Source: Chloroflexota bacterium
GTDB taxonomy: Bacteria > Chloroflexota > Limnocylindria > Limnocylindrales > CSP1-4
Length of the DNA stretch: 54,923 nucleotides
Reading direction: 5' to 3'
Assembly (NCBI GenBank): GCA_003158295.1
Contig: PMIP01000067.1
Location: forward strand, 9,437-64,359
The notes below the pieces were generated by a model that was not told where the DNA came from, did no database searches, and saw nothing but the letters and a program-made list of their open reading frames with translations. Position numbers and translations under genes: made by a program. Below are positions 17,668 to 27,105 of this stretch, one piece after another (position 1 is the first letter of the stretch; the number at the start of each line of letters is the position of its first letter).

Positions 17668-18804
17668 GTGCGGGTAGTCCATTTCGCACCAGCCGTAATC
17701 CCGACCCAAACCCATCTCTACAATGCCATCGCGAAGCTAGTCGATCTCCACGTCGTCTACCTGTCCGAGCCGACGGATCGACGCAAAGGTCAGCTGTGGA
17801 CCGGCTTTGACGATCAGTGGGGAACCGAGCCACGCTACCCCTACCAGTTCTCCGACACCCGATCCTTGAGCATCGGAGCCCTGGACTTGTTGGTGGCCGC
17901 GCCCCGCAGACTTGGCTCCGTGCTGGACGAACTCAAACCGAACGTCGTCTCCGTAACCGGCTGGGGCCTTTCGTCGATTTCGCCGATCCGCTGGGCGAGG
18001 AAACGTCACATCCCCACGGTCATGTACAACGAGAGCGGCAAGACCTCCGGACTCCTCCGTGACCCTCTGTCGAACGCGTACCGTCGTTGGATGTTGCGGG
18101 GCTGCGATGCGTACCTCACCGTAGGGTCGGCCGCAACGCAGTACGTAACGCAGCTCGGCGCGGCACCCGACCGATGCGTTGAATCCTGTCTTCCCGCGGC
18201 GGACGTTCGCCACGGCGACGAGGCAACGGTGCCCGAAGAGGAAGAAGGCAAGCTGCGGATCCTGTGGGTCGGACGACTGAACAAGCGAAAGCATCCGGAG
18301 GTCGCCGTTGAGGCCTTCGGCCGGATTGCCCGGCAGATAGATGGGGCCAGCCTGACCATTGTCGGGGCCGGACCGCTGGAGGCCAAAGTCCGGGCAGCCG
18401 CTGCTCGGGTCGGTGGGCCCATCGAGCTGTTGGGCCGCGTCGAGGGCGAGCGCCTGGCCGCGATCTATCGCAGGCACGACGTCCTGGTGGTTACCGCAGT
18501 CCGAGAAACCTGGGGTCTCGTGGTCAATGAGGCCCTGGCGCATGGGCTTTACGTCATTGCCTCCGACGGCGTCGGGTCCGCGAACTACCTCATTGAGGAA
18601 AGCACCGGACGAGTTGTCCCCGCCGGAGATGTCGAGGCCTTCGCCGAAGCTCTCCGCGGGTTCGCGACTACGCGGCACAGCCGGCCTCCCCGCCGCGCAG
18701 CCGTTGGTCGGATACGCTTGTGCACCGCAGAGGCGTTCGCGGAGAAGTACCTTCAGGTGTTCGACCTTGCGGTATCCAGACGGGCAGCCGTCGAGGGTGT
18801 CTGA
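17668..18804 (+). CDS. GT4 family glycosyltransferase
   Basis: WVGRLNKRK, ETWGLVVNEA. Confidence 0.9.
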   Translation: MRVVHFAPAVIPTQTHLYNAIAKLVDLHVVYLSEPTDRRKGQLWTGFDDQWGTEPRYPYQFSDTRSLSIGALDLLVAAPRRLGSVLDELKPNVVSVTGWGLSSISPIRWARKRHIPTVMYNESGKTSGLLRDPLSNAYRRWMLRGCDAYLTVGSAATQYVTQLGAAPDRCVESCLPAADVRHGDEATVPEEEEGKLRILWVGRLNKRKHPEVAVEAFGRIARQIDGASLTIVGAGPLEAKVRAAAARVGGPIELLGRVEGERLAAIYRRHDVLVVTAVRETWGLVVNEALAHGLYVIASDGVGSANYLIEESTGRVVPAGDVEAFAEALRGFATTRHSRPPRRAAVGRIRLCTAEAFAEKYLQVFDLAVSRRAAVEGV

Positions 18805-18805
18805 C

Positions 18806-19342
18806 GTGGAGCGACCGGATCAGCCTGATCGGCCCGACCGGCCGGTCTCGGGCCCTGCCTCACTGCTGCGGCAGTTCATTCGGAGCGTGCGGCTCATTCG
18901 ATGGCGACTGCGCCTGGGCAAACGCCTGGAACTCGGTCGCAACGTGACGATCGGCCCCGCGGCGGTGCTCGTCCCGCCGAGGCGGCTGGCAATCCGGGAC
19001 AACGTGGGGATCGCGCGTGGCTTCCATGTGGAGGTGGACCTGGAGATCGGCCCCGATGTGCTCATATCGAGCCAGGTGGCGGTCGTGGGCAAGGACCACC
19101 GGTTTGACGATCCGACGCGCACCGTCTACTGGGCAGGACGCCTGCCCGCTTCTCCGGTTGTCCTCGAGGGAGACAACCTGATCGGGTTCGGAACCATCAT
19201 CGTTGGGCCATGCCGGATCGGAAGGGGCTGCATCGTCGGTGCCGGCTCCGTTGTTACCGGTGATCTGCCGCCGGATTCGATATGCGTCGGCGTCCCGGCT
19301 CGGGCGATCCGGCCGAGATACCCGGTCAGTCCGGATCGATGA
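18806..19342 (+). CDS. Hexapeptide-repeat acyltransferase
   Basis: IGPDVLI..DHRF, IVGAGSVVTGD, GVPAR; start inferred (GTG 18806 or 18797). Confidence 0.82.
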   Translation: MERPDQPDRPDRPVSGPASLLRQFIRSVRLIRWRLRLGKRLELGRNVTIGPAAVLVPPRRLAIRDNVGIARGFHVEVDLEIGPDVLISSQVAVVGKDHRFDDPTRTVYWAGRLPASPVVLEGDNLIGFGTIIVGPCRIGRGCIVGAGSVVTGDLPPDSICVGVPARAIRPRYPVSPDR

Positions 19343-19453
19343 GATCCGCTGCCATCGCTGAATCTGCATCGCGCTGACTGGGCGGTGGCGCGGAGGCGCT
19401 TCCCAGTCTGGCCCCGCCCGAGAGGTCGGTTCCCCTGGCGTTCCGATCGATGG

Positions 19454-20134
19454 CTACGGCCTGTCCGCACTCCACGAGACACCCTGCCGTATCTCTTTCG
19501 CAGGAACGCCGGCCAGGATTACGTTCGCGTGATAGGTGCCACGGGTGACTATGGATCCGGCCGCGACGATGGAGTCTCTGGCGATTCGTGCCCCCTTCAT
19601 CAACAGCACTCGACTGCCGATCCAGACATGATCGCCCACCACTACCTCACTGTCCCGGTTCAGGACCGCCCCTCCATCATCGATGATGCAGTGCCAGTCG
19701 GTGTCCATTACCTGCACATCCCACGAGACCAGGACATCGTTGCCGAAGGTGATTGCCTTGCGACAGACGATCGCGGACTCAGCGGCGATGAGGAACCTCT
19801 CTCCGAAAGTCAGGACGCCACCGGAATCGACGGAGATCCTTGTCCCGTGGCCCAAGCCGGTGCGACCCTGGAAGACAACATCCCCTTCGACATGCCAGAC
19901 GCTCCGCACGCGCTGGCGATCGAAGATCCCGACCTCACCAAACCCCAGACTGATCATTCCAAACCGGCATCCGGCGGGGATCCGCACCGTGCCATGAAGG
20001 CTCTCGAGATAGACCCTGTGGCACACCACGACAGGAAGCAGTAGCGCTTGGGAGAGCGGGAAGTACTTGAAGTTGAACCTCAGTGTCTTCGGCAGGCTGC
20101 GGAGTAGCAGCCACGCTTTGCCCGGCCGCATCAC
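19454..20134 (-). CDS. Hexapeptide-repeat acyltransferase
   Basis: MDTDWH, VGDHVWIG, GVPAKEIRQGVSW. Confidence 0.88.
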   Translation of the reverse strand: MMRPGKAWLLLRSLPKTLRFNFKYFPLSQALLLPVVVCHRVYLESLHGTVRIPAGCRFGMISLGFGEVGIFDRQRVRSVWHVEGDVVFQGRTGLGHGTRISVDSGGVLTFGERFLIAAESAIVCRKAITFGNDVLVSWDVQVMDTDWHCIIDDGGAVLNRDSEVVVGDHVWIGSRVLLMKGARIARDSIVAAGSIVTRGTYHANVILAGVPAKEIRQGVSWSADRP

Positions 20135-20158
20135 GCTGCCCTCCAGAGGACCGCCACT

Positions 20159-20251
20159 GTCTCAATCTCCTCATGCGCGGCGCCGACGGGTGGCACGGCC
20201 CAGAATACACAGATAGCCGACTACCACGCACGGCGGTTGAGGCGCGAGGAG
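20159..20251 (-). repeat. 93-bp element, copy 2
   Basis: 90/93 identical to 17334-17426, same orientation. Confidence 0.92.
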
Positions 20252-20287
20252 GTCGTTCGCCACTCACCTCTCTCGCGCCCGTGCTAC

Positions 20288-21007
20288 CTAACTGCCTCGC
20301 GACAGCCTGACCTGGACCGCTCCTGCGATGATCGCCGCCCCGGCGTTCGTCGGGTGAGAATCGTCGCAAGAGTATCCTGGAATCCAATCGCCACCCGGTC
20401 CTGCGAGCAACGGCCAGATGTCGATCAGCCGCGCTCCGTGTGCAGCGGCCAGGCCACGCAGGGCAGCGTTGTATGCCTCCACAGGCGCGGCATGGCCGGC
20501 CCACCAAGGTGGGATGGTCAGCAGCCATGCAGTCGCCCCGGCAGCCTCGATCTGGCCGATCGTGCTTCCCAGGTTGGCGAGGGAATCCTGCAAGGGGACG
20601 TCGTGATAGGTGTAGTCCTGATAGAGGTCGTTCACGCCGCCGAGGATCGTGACATCGGTGGGGTGGTAGGCCAGGACATCAGGCGATAGCCGGGCCAGCA
20701 TCTGCGCAGTGGTGTTGCCCGCAACACCAGCGTTGTGAAAGTCCGCCAATGGAAGCGTCAGGAACGTCGTCCAGCTCCGGCCGCAGGGGTTACCGAACTG
20801 ACCGCCAGACGGCGCCGTGATCGAGTCTCCGAGCGCGACGAGGCGCATCTGAGTCGGCGATGACGGCGAATGGGCGGCCTGCTCCGGGCTGGATGTCGGC
20901 TTCGGTGCCGCGGTCGGAACTGGGCTCGGGCTGGCGGTTGCAGGGGTCGCCGGCTGGTTGCAGCCGACCAGCCCCAAAGCCAGTGCGAGGATCAGGAGTC
21001 TTCGCAT
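20288..21007 (-). CDS. SGNH/GDSL hydrolase lipoprotein
   Basis: Lipobox LVG-C, P/T/S linker, LGDSIT, AGVAG, GGVND, DDSHP. Confidence 0.88.
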   Translation of the reverse strand: MRRLLILALALGLVGCNQPATPATASPSPVPTAAPKPTSSPEQAAHSPSSPTQMRLVALGDSITAPSGGQFGNPCGRSWTTFLTLPLADFHNAGVAGNTTAQMLARLSPDVLAYHPTDVTILGGVNDLYQDYTYHDVPLQDSLANLGSTIGQIEAAGATAWLLTIPPWWAGHAAPVEAYNAALRGLAAAHGARLIDIWPLLAGPGGDWIPGYSCDDSHPTNAGAAIIAGAVQVRLSRGS

Positions 21008-21097
21008 CTTCCTCGTGTCGTTCACGGGAGAACATGGAACGTGGGACCAGCGCCCCTGCCAGCCTACCTGTCCCTGCCGTCTGCGATCGGCCCCGGC

Positions 21098-21964
21098 CTA
21101 CTCGTCGCCGGACGGCATCCATCGCCGGAGTTGTGCCACCTGCCGGAAGGCTATGCGTGCCGCTGAGGGACGATCGAGGTTCAGGATGTCGCTTCCGCGA
21201 GCCGCTTCGCGGACCTTCGCAAGGCCGGCAATCCTGAGGCCCAGCTTCAGCAGCTTGGGCTTGATTCTGGATTTCGTCGGCTCGGGCAACCCGTATCTCT
21301 CGGAGATGATGGCGCCGTCTTTTAGGGCGAGATCGAGCCGCGTGTAGGACTTCCGCATCGAATGGTGACGGTCGATGGCCAGGATCTCGTCCAAGCGGCG
21401 GAAGACGGTGATGTCCGCCAGGTGAAGCCAAAGCTCCAGATCCATCCTGTAGTCGCATTCTGGATCCACGAAGAATGGACGGGAGATCAGCGACCGTCTG
21501 ACGAAGACAGTCGGCTGCCAGATGAAGTTGAACGCCCGGAGGCGCGATCGTGTGAACGGTGGTGCCCACATCACGTAGAGAAGCTCGCCGGCGCCGTTGA
21601 CGAGGGCGGCGTGGCCATAGACAACCCCGACCTCGGGGTGGCTTTCGAAGACATCCACGACATGCTGGACGACGTCGCTCGAGAAGTAGGCATCGTCGGA
21701 GTTGAGCCAGCCGATGATTTCACCGGTTGATCGAACGAAGGCCTTGTTGATGGCGTCTGACTGTCCCTCGTCGGGCGTCGACTCCCACACGACCACCGGC
21801 GAGGCCGATGCCAGGATCTCCACTGATCCGTCAGTCGACCCACCGTCCATGACCACGTGCTCGATGGCCGGGTATGACTGCGCTGCCACCGAGCGCAGGT
21901 TGTCCGCCAGCCACCGTCCCTGGTTGTAGGAAGGGGTGAGGATCGAAACCAGAGGCGCTGTCAT
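21098..21964 (-). CDS. GT2 glycosyltransferase (WfgS/WcaE-like)
   Basis: SILTPSYNQ, DGGSTDG, GWLNSDD, WQPTVF. Confidence 0.92.
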   Translation of the reverse strand: MTAPLVSILTPSYNQGRWLADNLRSVAAQSYPAIEHVVMDGGSTDGSVEILASASPVVVWESTPDEGQSDAINKAFVRSTGEIIGWLNSDDAYFSSDVVQHVVDVFESHPEVGVVYGHAALVNGAGELLYVMWAPPFTRSRLRAFNFIWQPTVFVRRSLISRPFFVDPECDYRMDLELWLHLADITVFRRLDEILAIDRHHSMRKSYTRLDLALKDGAIISERYGLPEPTKSRIKPKLLKLGLRIAGLAKVREAARGSDILNLDRPSAARIAFRQVAQLRRWMPSGDE

Positions 21965-22111
21965 GTCAGCGCACGATCTCGTCGACGGAGAAGAGGTGAT
22001 TCCAGGCATGAAGCCGGGCAGTGGAGCGCTTTCCACGCCCGATGGGTGGCCTTGTGAGGCATGTCCGGACCGGCAGCGACATCGCTACGTGGACCGAATG
22101 TCTCGGGAGTC

Positions 22112-23485
22112 TCATCTACTGATCGGCTCCCTTCCGGGCACCCTCGGGGGGGCGGACGTCTGAGCAGGAGGTGCGTCCGGGCCACCCGTTCCGATCTCTC
22201 GAAGCGCACGTCGTGTGTAGAAAGCGGCAACGACTACGTTGGCCCCGTCGCGGGACATGGATGCCACTGCGGCGCCTACGGCGCCAAGCCACCAATCCAG
22301 CGAGCAGTGGAGAAGGATGCTCACGCAGAAGGCTGCGGCGAAGGCTCGGGTCGTGTCCATGCCATGATCGAGGGCAATCAGGACCCCTATGAGCGGAGCG
22401 CCGAGCACCGAAAGGAGCATGGACCACATGAGGATCCGGGTGGGCGTGGCCGAGTCGGCGTACGAGGAGCCAAGAAGGAGCGAGATGACCTGAGGCATCA
22501 GCACGAACAGTACTACTGAACCTGGTATGCCCAAGACGGCTCCACCGATCCAGAGCTTGCGCATGAGATCAGCCAGATGCTGTGCTGAATCGCGCCCGGC
22601 GGCGTACCGCGCCATCATCGGGATGGCGACCAATGACAGCGAACCCGGCAGCAGATAGAGGGCGTCCTGTATTCGCGAGGCAGGAGCGTACGCGGCGAAC
22701 TGATTGGTTGAGGTCAGCGCGGCGACGATCACTACATCGAGACGGTTGTAAGCGACGCTCAGCACGCTATTGCTGGCGTAGGGCAAGGCCCGTCTGATGG
22801 TGATCCGAGAAGGGTCCCAGTCTCCGACACGCGAGTACGATGCCCACGGCCGCAGCATGACGAAACCTAGCCCTGTCGTCACGGCTTCACCCGCGGCAGT
22901 CGCCAGAGCGAGGATTACCAAGGCTTCTTGGGCACTCGTGACCACGAAAGCTACCGCAACCAGACCAGTGGTCGTCCATCGCCCGGCCGCCGATGCGAGC
23001 GTAGCGTCCCGGAAGGCCGAACGCGCCCTGAGGGCGGCGAGCACCGGCACCTGGATCGATGCGAGGACAGAGCCTGCGGAAAACACGATCAGCACGGTCG
23101 CGTCGACGGGTAGCGACCTGGCCAGGATCGCGTAGCCAAGGGCGAGAACGATCGCCCAAATCGGCAGTGTGGGCAGACGCAAGGTCAGCGCCCGGCCCAG
23201 AGCTTGCATGGCGGGGGCCGAGTTCTTGGCAACTTCAACGCTCACCAGCGTGGAGACGCCCGCGTCCCAGAAGGCGGATCCGAGCAGGGATGTGGCCAAT
23301 ACCCCTATGTAGAGACCGAACTCGGTGGGCACCAACTGCCTTGCGGCGAGGAGATTCAGCAACAGCACCGCTACTTTGGAGGCACCATCGCCTCCAAGCG
23401 TCCACGCGAGAGAAGCGCGGAGCCGGCGAGGGGACGGAATGCTCGCCTCGCTTGCCGCGACCGGTGCGGCCCGGTCGTCACCCAC
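22112..23485 (-). CDS. Wzx-like oligosaccharide flippase
   Basis: Many TM segments; YNRLDVVIV..FAAYAPASR; GAVGAAVAS. Confidence 0.82.
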   Translation of the reverse strand: MGDDRAAPVAASEASIPSPRRLRASLAWTLGGDGASKVAVLLLNLLAARQLVPTEFGLYIGVLATSLLGSAFWDAGVSTLVSVEVAKNSAPAMQALGRALTLRLPTLPIWAIVLALGYAILARSLPVDATVLIVFSAGSVLASIQVPVLAALRARSAFRDATLASAAGRWTTTGLVAVAFVVTSAQEALVILALATAAGEAVTTGLGFVMLRPWASYSRVGDWDPSRITIRRALPYASNSVLSVAYNRLDVVIVAALTSTNQFAAYAPASRIQDALYLLPGSLSLVAIPMMARYAAGRDSAQHLADLMRKLWIGGAVLGIPGSVVLFVLMPQVISLLLGSSYADSATPTRILMWSMLLSVLGAPLIGVLIALDHGMDTTRAFAAAFCVSILLHCSLDWWLGAVGAAVASMSRDGANVVVAAFYTRRALREIGTGGPDAPPAQTSAPPRVPGREPISR

Positions 23486-24218
23486 GGAAGAAGACGCCGT
23501 CGACCTGAAGGAGCCGCCCTGTCACTGGGTGTGCGAAGCCTGGCTCAAGGCTCATCAGGGAGAAGCCGTGCTCTTTCGCCCAGGCCACGATGTCCGTCCA
23601 TAGTGGCGCGCCATCGTAGAGGGGAATCAGGGACATCTCGGCCTGGATGCCGACGATTCGATCGATAACACCTGTAGTGCCGGCCAGGGCATGGAGCTCG
23701 TAGCCCTGCACGTCGAGTTTGAGAAACGGCACATCGTCCGCTCCCACGTAGTCCCCAAAGACGCTGTCCAGACGACGCACCGTGATGGACTCTTCCCTAA
23801 CGAACGAGGATGCCGCTGCGGCCTCGACGTGTGCCGGCAGAATCGGGAGGAGGGAACTGCTTGCGGAGTTTACGGATACGTTGATCGCCGTCGTAGTGTC
23901 GGTTTCGCCAAGAGCCAGCTGGGCGACGTCCCAGTTCCGGTCTGATCGGGCCGCAGACTCGAGCTTCGCAAAAGGTGCGGCTATGGGTTCGAATGACACG
24001 ATCCGCCCTTTGTAGCGGGCCAGGCGTAGCTCGCGGCCGTACTGTCCTTCGTTCGCGCCAACGTCCAGCACGACTGTCACACCGTAATGGCGGAGCAGCC
24101 GCATACGCTGACCGAGCGGATGCTGTAGCCCCGTCCATCGGATGAGATCCCAGCCGCGTCCCCTCAGCAGGTCACGCGCACGCGCTACCCCGGCGCGCCT
24201 TGCACTGATCGCCTTCAC
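23478..24218 (-). CDS. FkbM family methyltransferase
   Basis: VLDVGANEGQY, SFEP, LKLDVQGYE. Confidence 0.92.
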   Translation of the reverse strand: MKAISARRAGVARARDLLRGRGWDLIRWTGLQHPLGQRMRLLRHYGVTVVLDVGANEGQYGRELRLARYKGRIVSFEPIAAPFAKLESAARSDRNWDVAQLALGETDTTTAINVSVNSASSSLLPILPAHVEAAAASSFVREESITVRRLDSVFGDYVGADDVPFLKLDVQGYELHALAGTTGVIDRIVGIQAEMSLIPLYDGAPLWTDIVAWAKEHGFSLMSLEPGFAHPVTGRLLQVDGVFFRG

Positions 24219-24278
24219 AGCCGATCCCTCCGAGTGGTCAACCTACGGTGTCTCAAGTCGGAATTCGCGAGTTGGGCA

Positions 24279-24569
24279 CTACGGTAACCCGCTCAGCTTG
24301 TCGCACACAACGACGACATACGCGAAGCCAGTGCTGCCATCGGATCGCGGAACCTGGTTGCGACGCAGGACGGGGAGTAAGGCCTCCGCGATCCGCCCTC
24401 GGCCCAGGATTGGGTTCGTTACCTGCCTGATTGCCTGACCGTAGATTGACATCGCTCGACACCGAGAGCTGACCAACTCCAGAAGCTCGATCTTCGCCGG
24501 CTCGTCGAAATCCGCCGTGCGGCCGACGTTGGCGCCGTTGCGGTCCATTTCATGTGAGCGGCTAGTCAT
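24279..24569 (-). pseudogene. Short 96-aa ORF, possibly an internally deleted methyltransferase remnant
   Basis: ATGA-coupled to the upstream GT2; ELLELV..IYGQ and AYVVVVCDK recall class I methyltransferase C-termini; no SAM motif. Confidence 0.3.
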
Positions 24570-25480
24570 GGTCGGCCCCGCATGATATCCACGGCGCGAA
24601 GGAGCGCTGCGCCAGCGGTCCCGGTTGCCAAGAACCTGGCCGCCAGAACCTTGAGCGACCTTGATGCGGTCGGGTCGAGCCGCAGAAGCACCTTCAGATG
24701 TGTCTGCGCCAAGTGCGGTTGTCCAGATCGGATGAGGTGGGCGCACACCGACACGACCACAGATCGCGACTCGGCCTTCGCGAATTCCTGCACGGACGGG
24801 GGATATTCGCGCACGCCATCCCTTCGAGCGGTCCAGTAGACGTCAACGAAATCGGAACGCTCCCACGTCGAGTAACGGGCCTGACGGGTCGAAGCTTTCT
24901 CTCGATACAGAGACCGCAGGATCAAGGCTACGCCCCCTTCCGCTGCGAGTCTCGGTAGGAGCTCCTCGTCTGGGCAGTATGGATAGGCGGCAGAGAAGTG
25001 GATGGGCGGCCTCCCGTCGGTACAGATGTAGACAGCACTTCCAGCTGGTGGACAGAGGCGGGACACGAGAAAGCTGGCGGCACTCTCGGGTTCCAGCAGC
25101 ACCGGTGTCTCGGTGGCACCCGCCACGACGAAAGCGCACGTCGGCCAGCGTCGGAGGGCCTCGCGGACGGCTTGGTAGAAGCGCAAGTCGACCTCATCGT
25201 CCGAGTGCAGCAGATGGACCACCTCGCCGGCACCAAGCGCCAGGGAACGATTCCAGTTTCCTACAAGGCCGAGGTGCTCAGCGTTATGAACCACCTTGGC
25301 CCGTGCCGGCAGAGGTAGTTCGTTGACCCTGTAGGGCTGCGGACCGTCGAGCACCAGAAACAGACGGTCGCCCGCATCGAGGGCCGCATCGGCCGACCGC
25401 GCGCACTGCACTAGTTGCTCAGCTGACACGCCGTAGACTGGGACTACCACCGTGATCCGGGGATCGGGAGAGTCTGTCAC
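24566..25480 (-). CDS. GT2 glycosyltransferase (divergent)
   Basis: ITVVVPVY, LGLVGNWN, LLHSDD; GTGA overlap with the flippase. Confidence 0.82.
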   Translation of the reverse strand: MTDSPDPRITVVVPVYGVSAEQLVQCARSADAALDAGDRLFLVLDGPQPYRVNELPLPARAKVVHNAEHLGLVGNWNRSLALGAGEVVHLLHSDDEVDLRFYQAVREALRRWPTCAFVVAGATETPVLLEPESAASFLVSRLCPPAGSAVYICTDGRPPIHFSAAYPYCPDEELLPRLAAEGGVALILRSLYREKASTRQARYSTWERSDFVDVYWTARRDGVREYPPSVQEFAKAESRSVVVSVCAHLIRSGQPHLAQTHLKVLLRLDPTASRSLKVLAARFLATGTAGAALLRAVDIMRGRP

Positions 25481-26853
25481 CGGGGCGGACGCTCCAGCTT
25501 TGCAATCTCGAGGCGTGCTCTTATTGGAAGCACCCATGCCGAGACGAGAGTGGTGCCCACAAACAAGGCGGCAACGTAGCCGTTGACGCCGAACGCGGGG
25601 ATCAGAGCTATCTGGAGCGAGGCGACGATCACCGCCTCAACGAGCAGAGTCAACGCCGTGAAGCGCATGATGCCGAGCCCAATGAGCATGATCGCGTAGG
25701 TGTGCGAGAACACGCCCACCATGAAATAGCCGGCGAGACAGAGTCGGAGGGCGAGATCGACTGTGAGCGCTTGGCCTGTCCAAAGCTCCAAGGCCCATTT
25801 CGACCCGATCAGAATGGCCAAGGCTGCGACGCTTGCGTAGGCCATGAGGAGAGCCGGCATCCGCCGGTATGCCCGTCTTATCCAGGCTAGGTCTCCACGC
25901 GTCGCGGCGTCGGCGAGGGCTGGCCACATGGGCGTGGTCACAAGGGCGACCCCACCGGCCGCCATCGAGAGTCCGCGCAAGATGACACCACCTAGCGCTA
26001 CGGATGCTCCGGTGGATTCCGCGGCGAGCACCAAAACGCCGAATTGTAGAGCCAGATACCCCGCCAACTGCATTCCTGCGAAGGCGAGACCTGAGCCAAG
26101 CAGCGGCCGCAGGAGCGACCGAACTGGGATCCCACCGGGTCTCAGCAGGTATGGTCGAGAGGCCACAAGAGTGACGCCGTTTAGCGCCCTGGCCACCACC
26201 TGTGGGCCCTGTGACACTACGACGAACGTCGTCACCGAGCCGATGGAAGGGCCGACGGTTAGGAGCATGACCAGGGCCGCAGCCGAACCGATGGATGCCC
26301 ATATGTTGGTGGCATATTGGGCTTGATAGCCTAGCTGCGCAGCCTCCGGAACCGAGAGGACAAGTTGGGCCGCGACCAGCAATGCCATGGCCACGAAGGC
26401 ACCATGCGCGTCGCCCAAATCGCCGTTCAGCCAGGTGCCGAGCAGGCGATCGAAGATGGTTGTGCTCGAAAATACGAACACCCCAATCAGTATTGCGGTC
26501 GCGAGACCCACCATCAGGATCATGGTGACGACGAAGAACCGAGCTTCAGTCTGGCGGTCCTCGGCCGAAGACGCCCGTGCGATCCCGAGCGTGAGTCCGG
26601 GAGCCACGCCGAGACTCGCAAGGCTCATCCACGAGACAAGGGAGGCGATGGCGACGAAAACGGCAAAGCCGCCGGTGTGGAGGGCCCGGACGGCTACCGC
26701 CACAGCCACGACCTGTACCCCCAAGGAAAGAGCCTTCCCAAACGCTCCTGTCATGGCGGATGTGCCGATTCGCCCACCGCGGGATGCGGTCAGTCGGCCT
26801 GTTCGCTTGAACCGTGACCAGGGCAGATGGACCGTTACGGACCCCACTCTCAT
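25477..26853 (-). CDS. Wzx-like oligosaccharide flippase
   Basis: Many TM segments; PMWPALADAATRGDLAWIRR resembles the 52017-53486 protein; start uncertain. Confidence 0.8.
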   Translation of the reverse strand: MRVGSVTVHLPWSRFKRTGRLTASRGGRIGTSAMTGAFGKALSLGVQVVAVAVAVRALHTGGFAVFVAIASLVSWMSLASLGVAPGLTLGIARASSAEDRQTEARFFVVTMILMVGLATAILIGVFVFSSTTIFDRLLGTWLNGDLGDAHGAFVAMALLVAAQLVLSVPEAAQLGYQAQYATNIWASIGSAAALVMLLTVGPSIGSVTTFVVVSQGPQVVARALNGVTLVASRPYLLRPGGIPVRSLLRPLLGSGLAFAGMQLAGYLALQFGVLVLAAESTGASVALGGVILRGLSMAAGGVALVTTPMWPALADAATRGDLAWIRRAYRRMPALLMAYASVAALAILIGSKWALELWTGQALTVDLALRLCLAGYFMVGVFSHTYAIMLIGLGIMRFTALTLLVEAVIVASLQIALIPAFGVNGYVAALFVGTTLVSAWVLPIRARLEIAKLERPPR

Positions 26854-27105
26854 GCTTCGGGCCTCGTCCACTGCCGACTGCGCAAAGGGGGTTCGGCAAC
26901 CGTGGCGATGTTGGAAGCACGGCGCCCGACCTCAGCCGGGCGGCCCGCCGTGGCAGGTTCGACCATTGTCCAGCTCGCGGTGACCTCTGACGAGGCGTCC
27001 GCTGCGCCCAGAGCAAGCTCGACGGCGTGCCAGGCTGTCCTTGATCGAGTGATCGCTGCGTGCCCTGGGCCCATCAGGGTCGTGGCCTGGACACGCCTAC
27101 ACAAC

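Noticed and set aside
26854-27105. Small ORFs in the gap between the ligase-like gene and the flippase
   Set aside because: No motif, SD or convincing composition in any frame.
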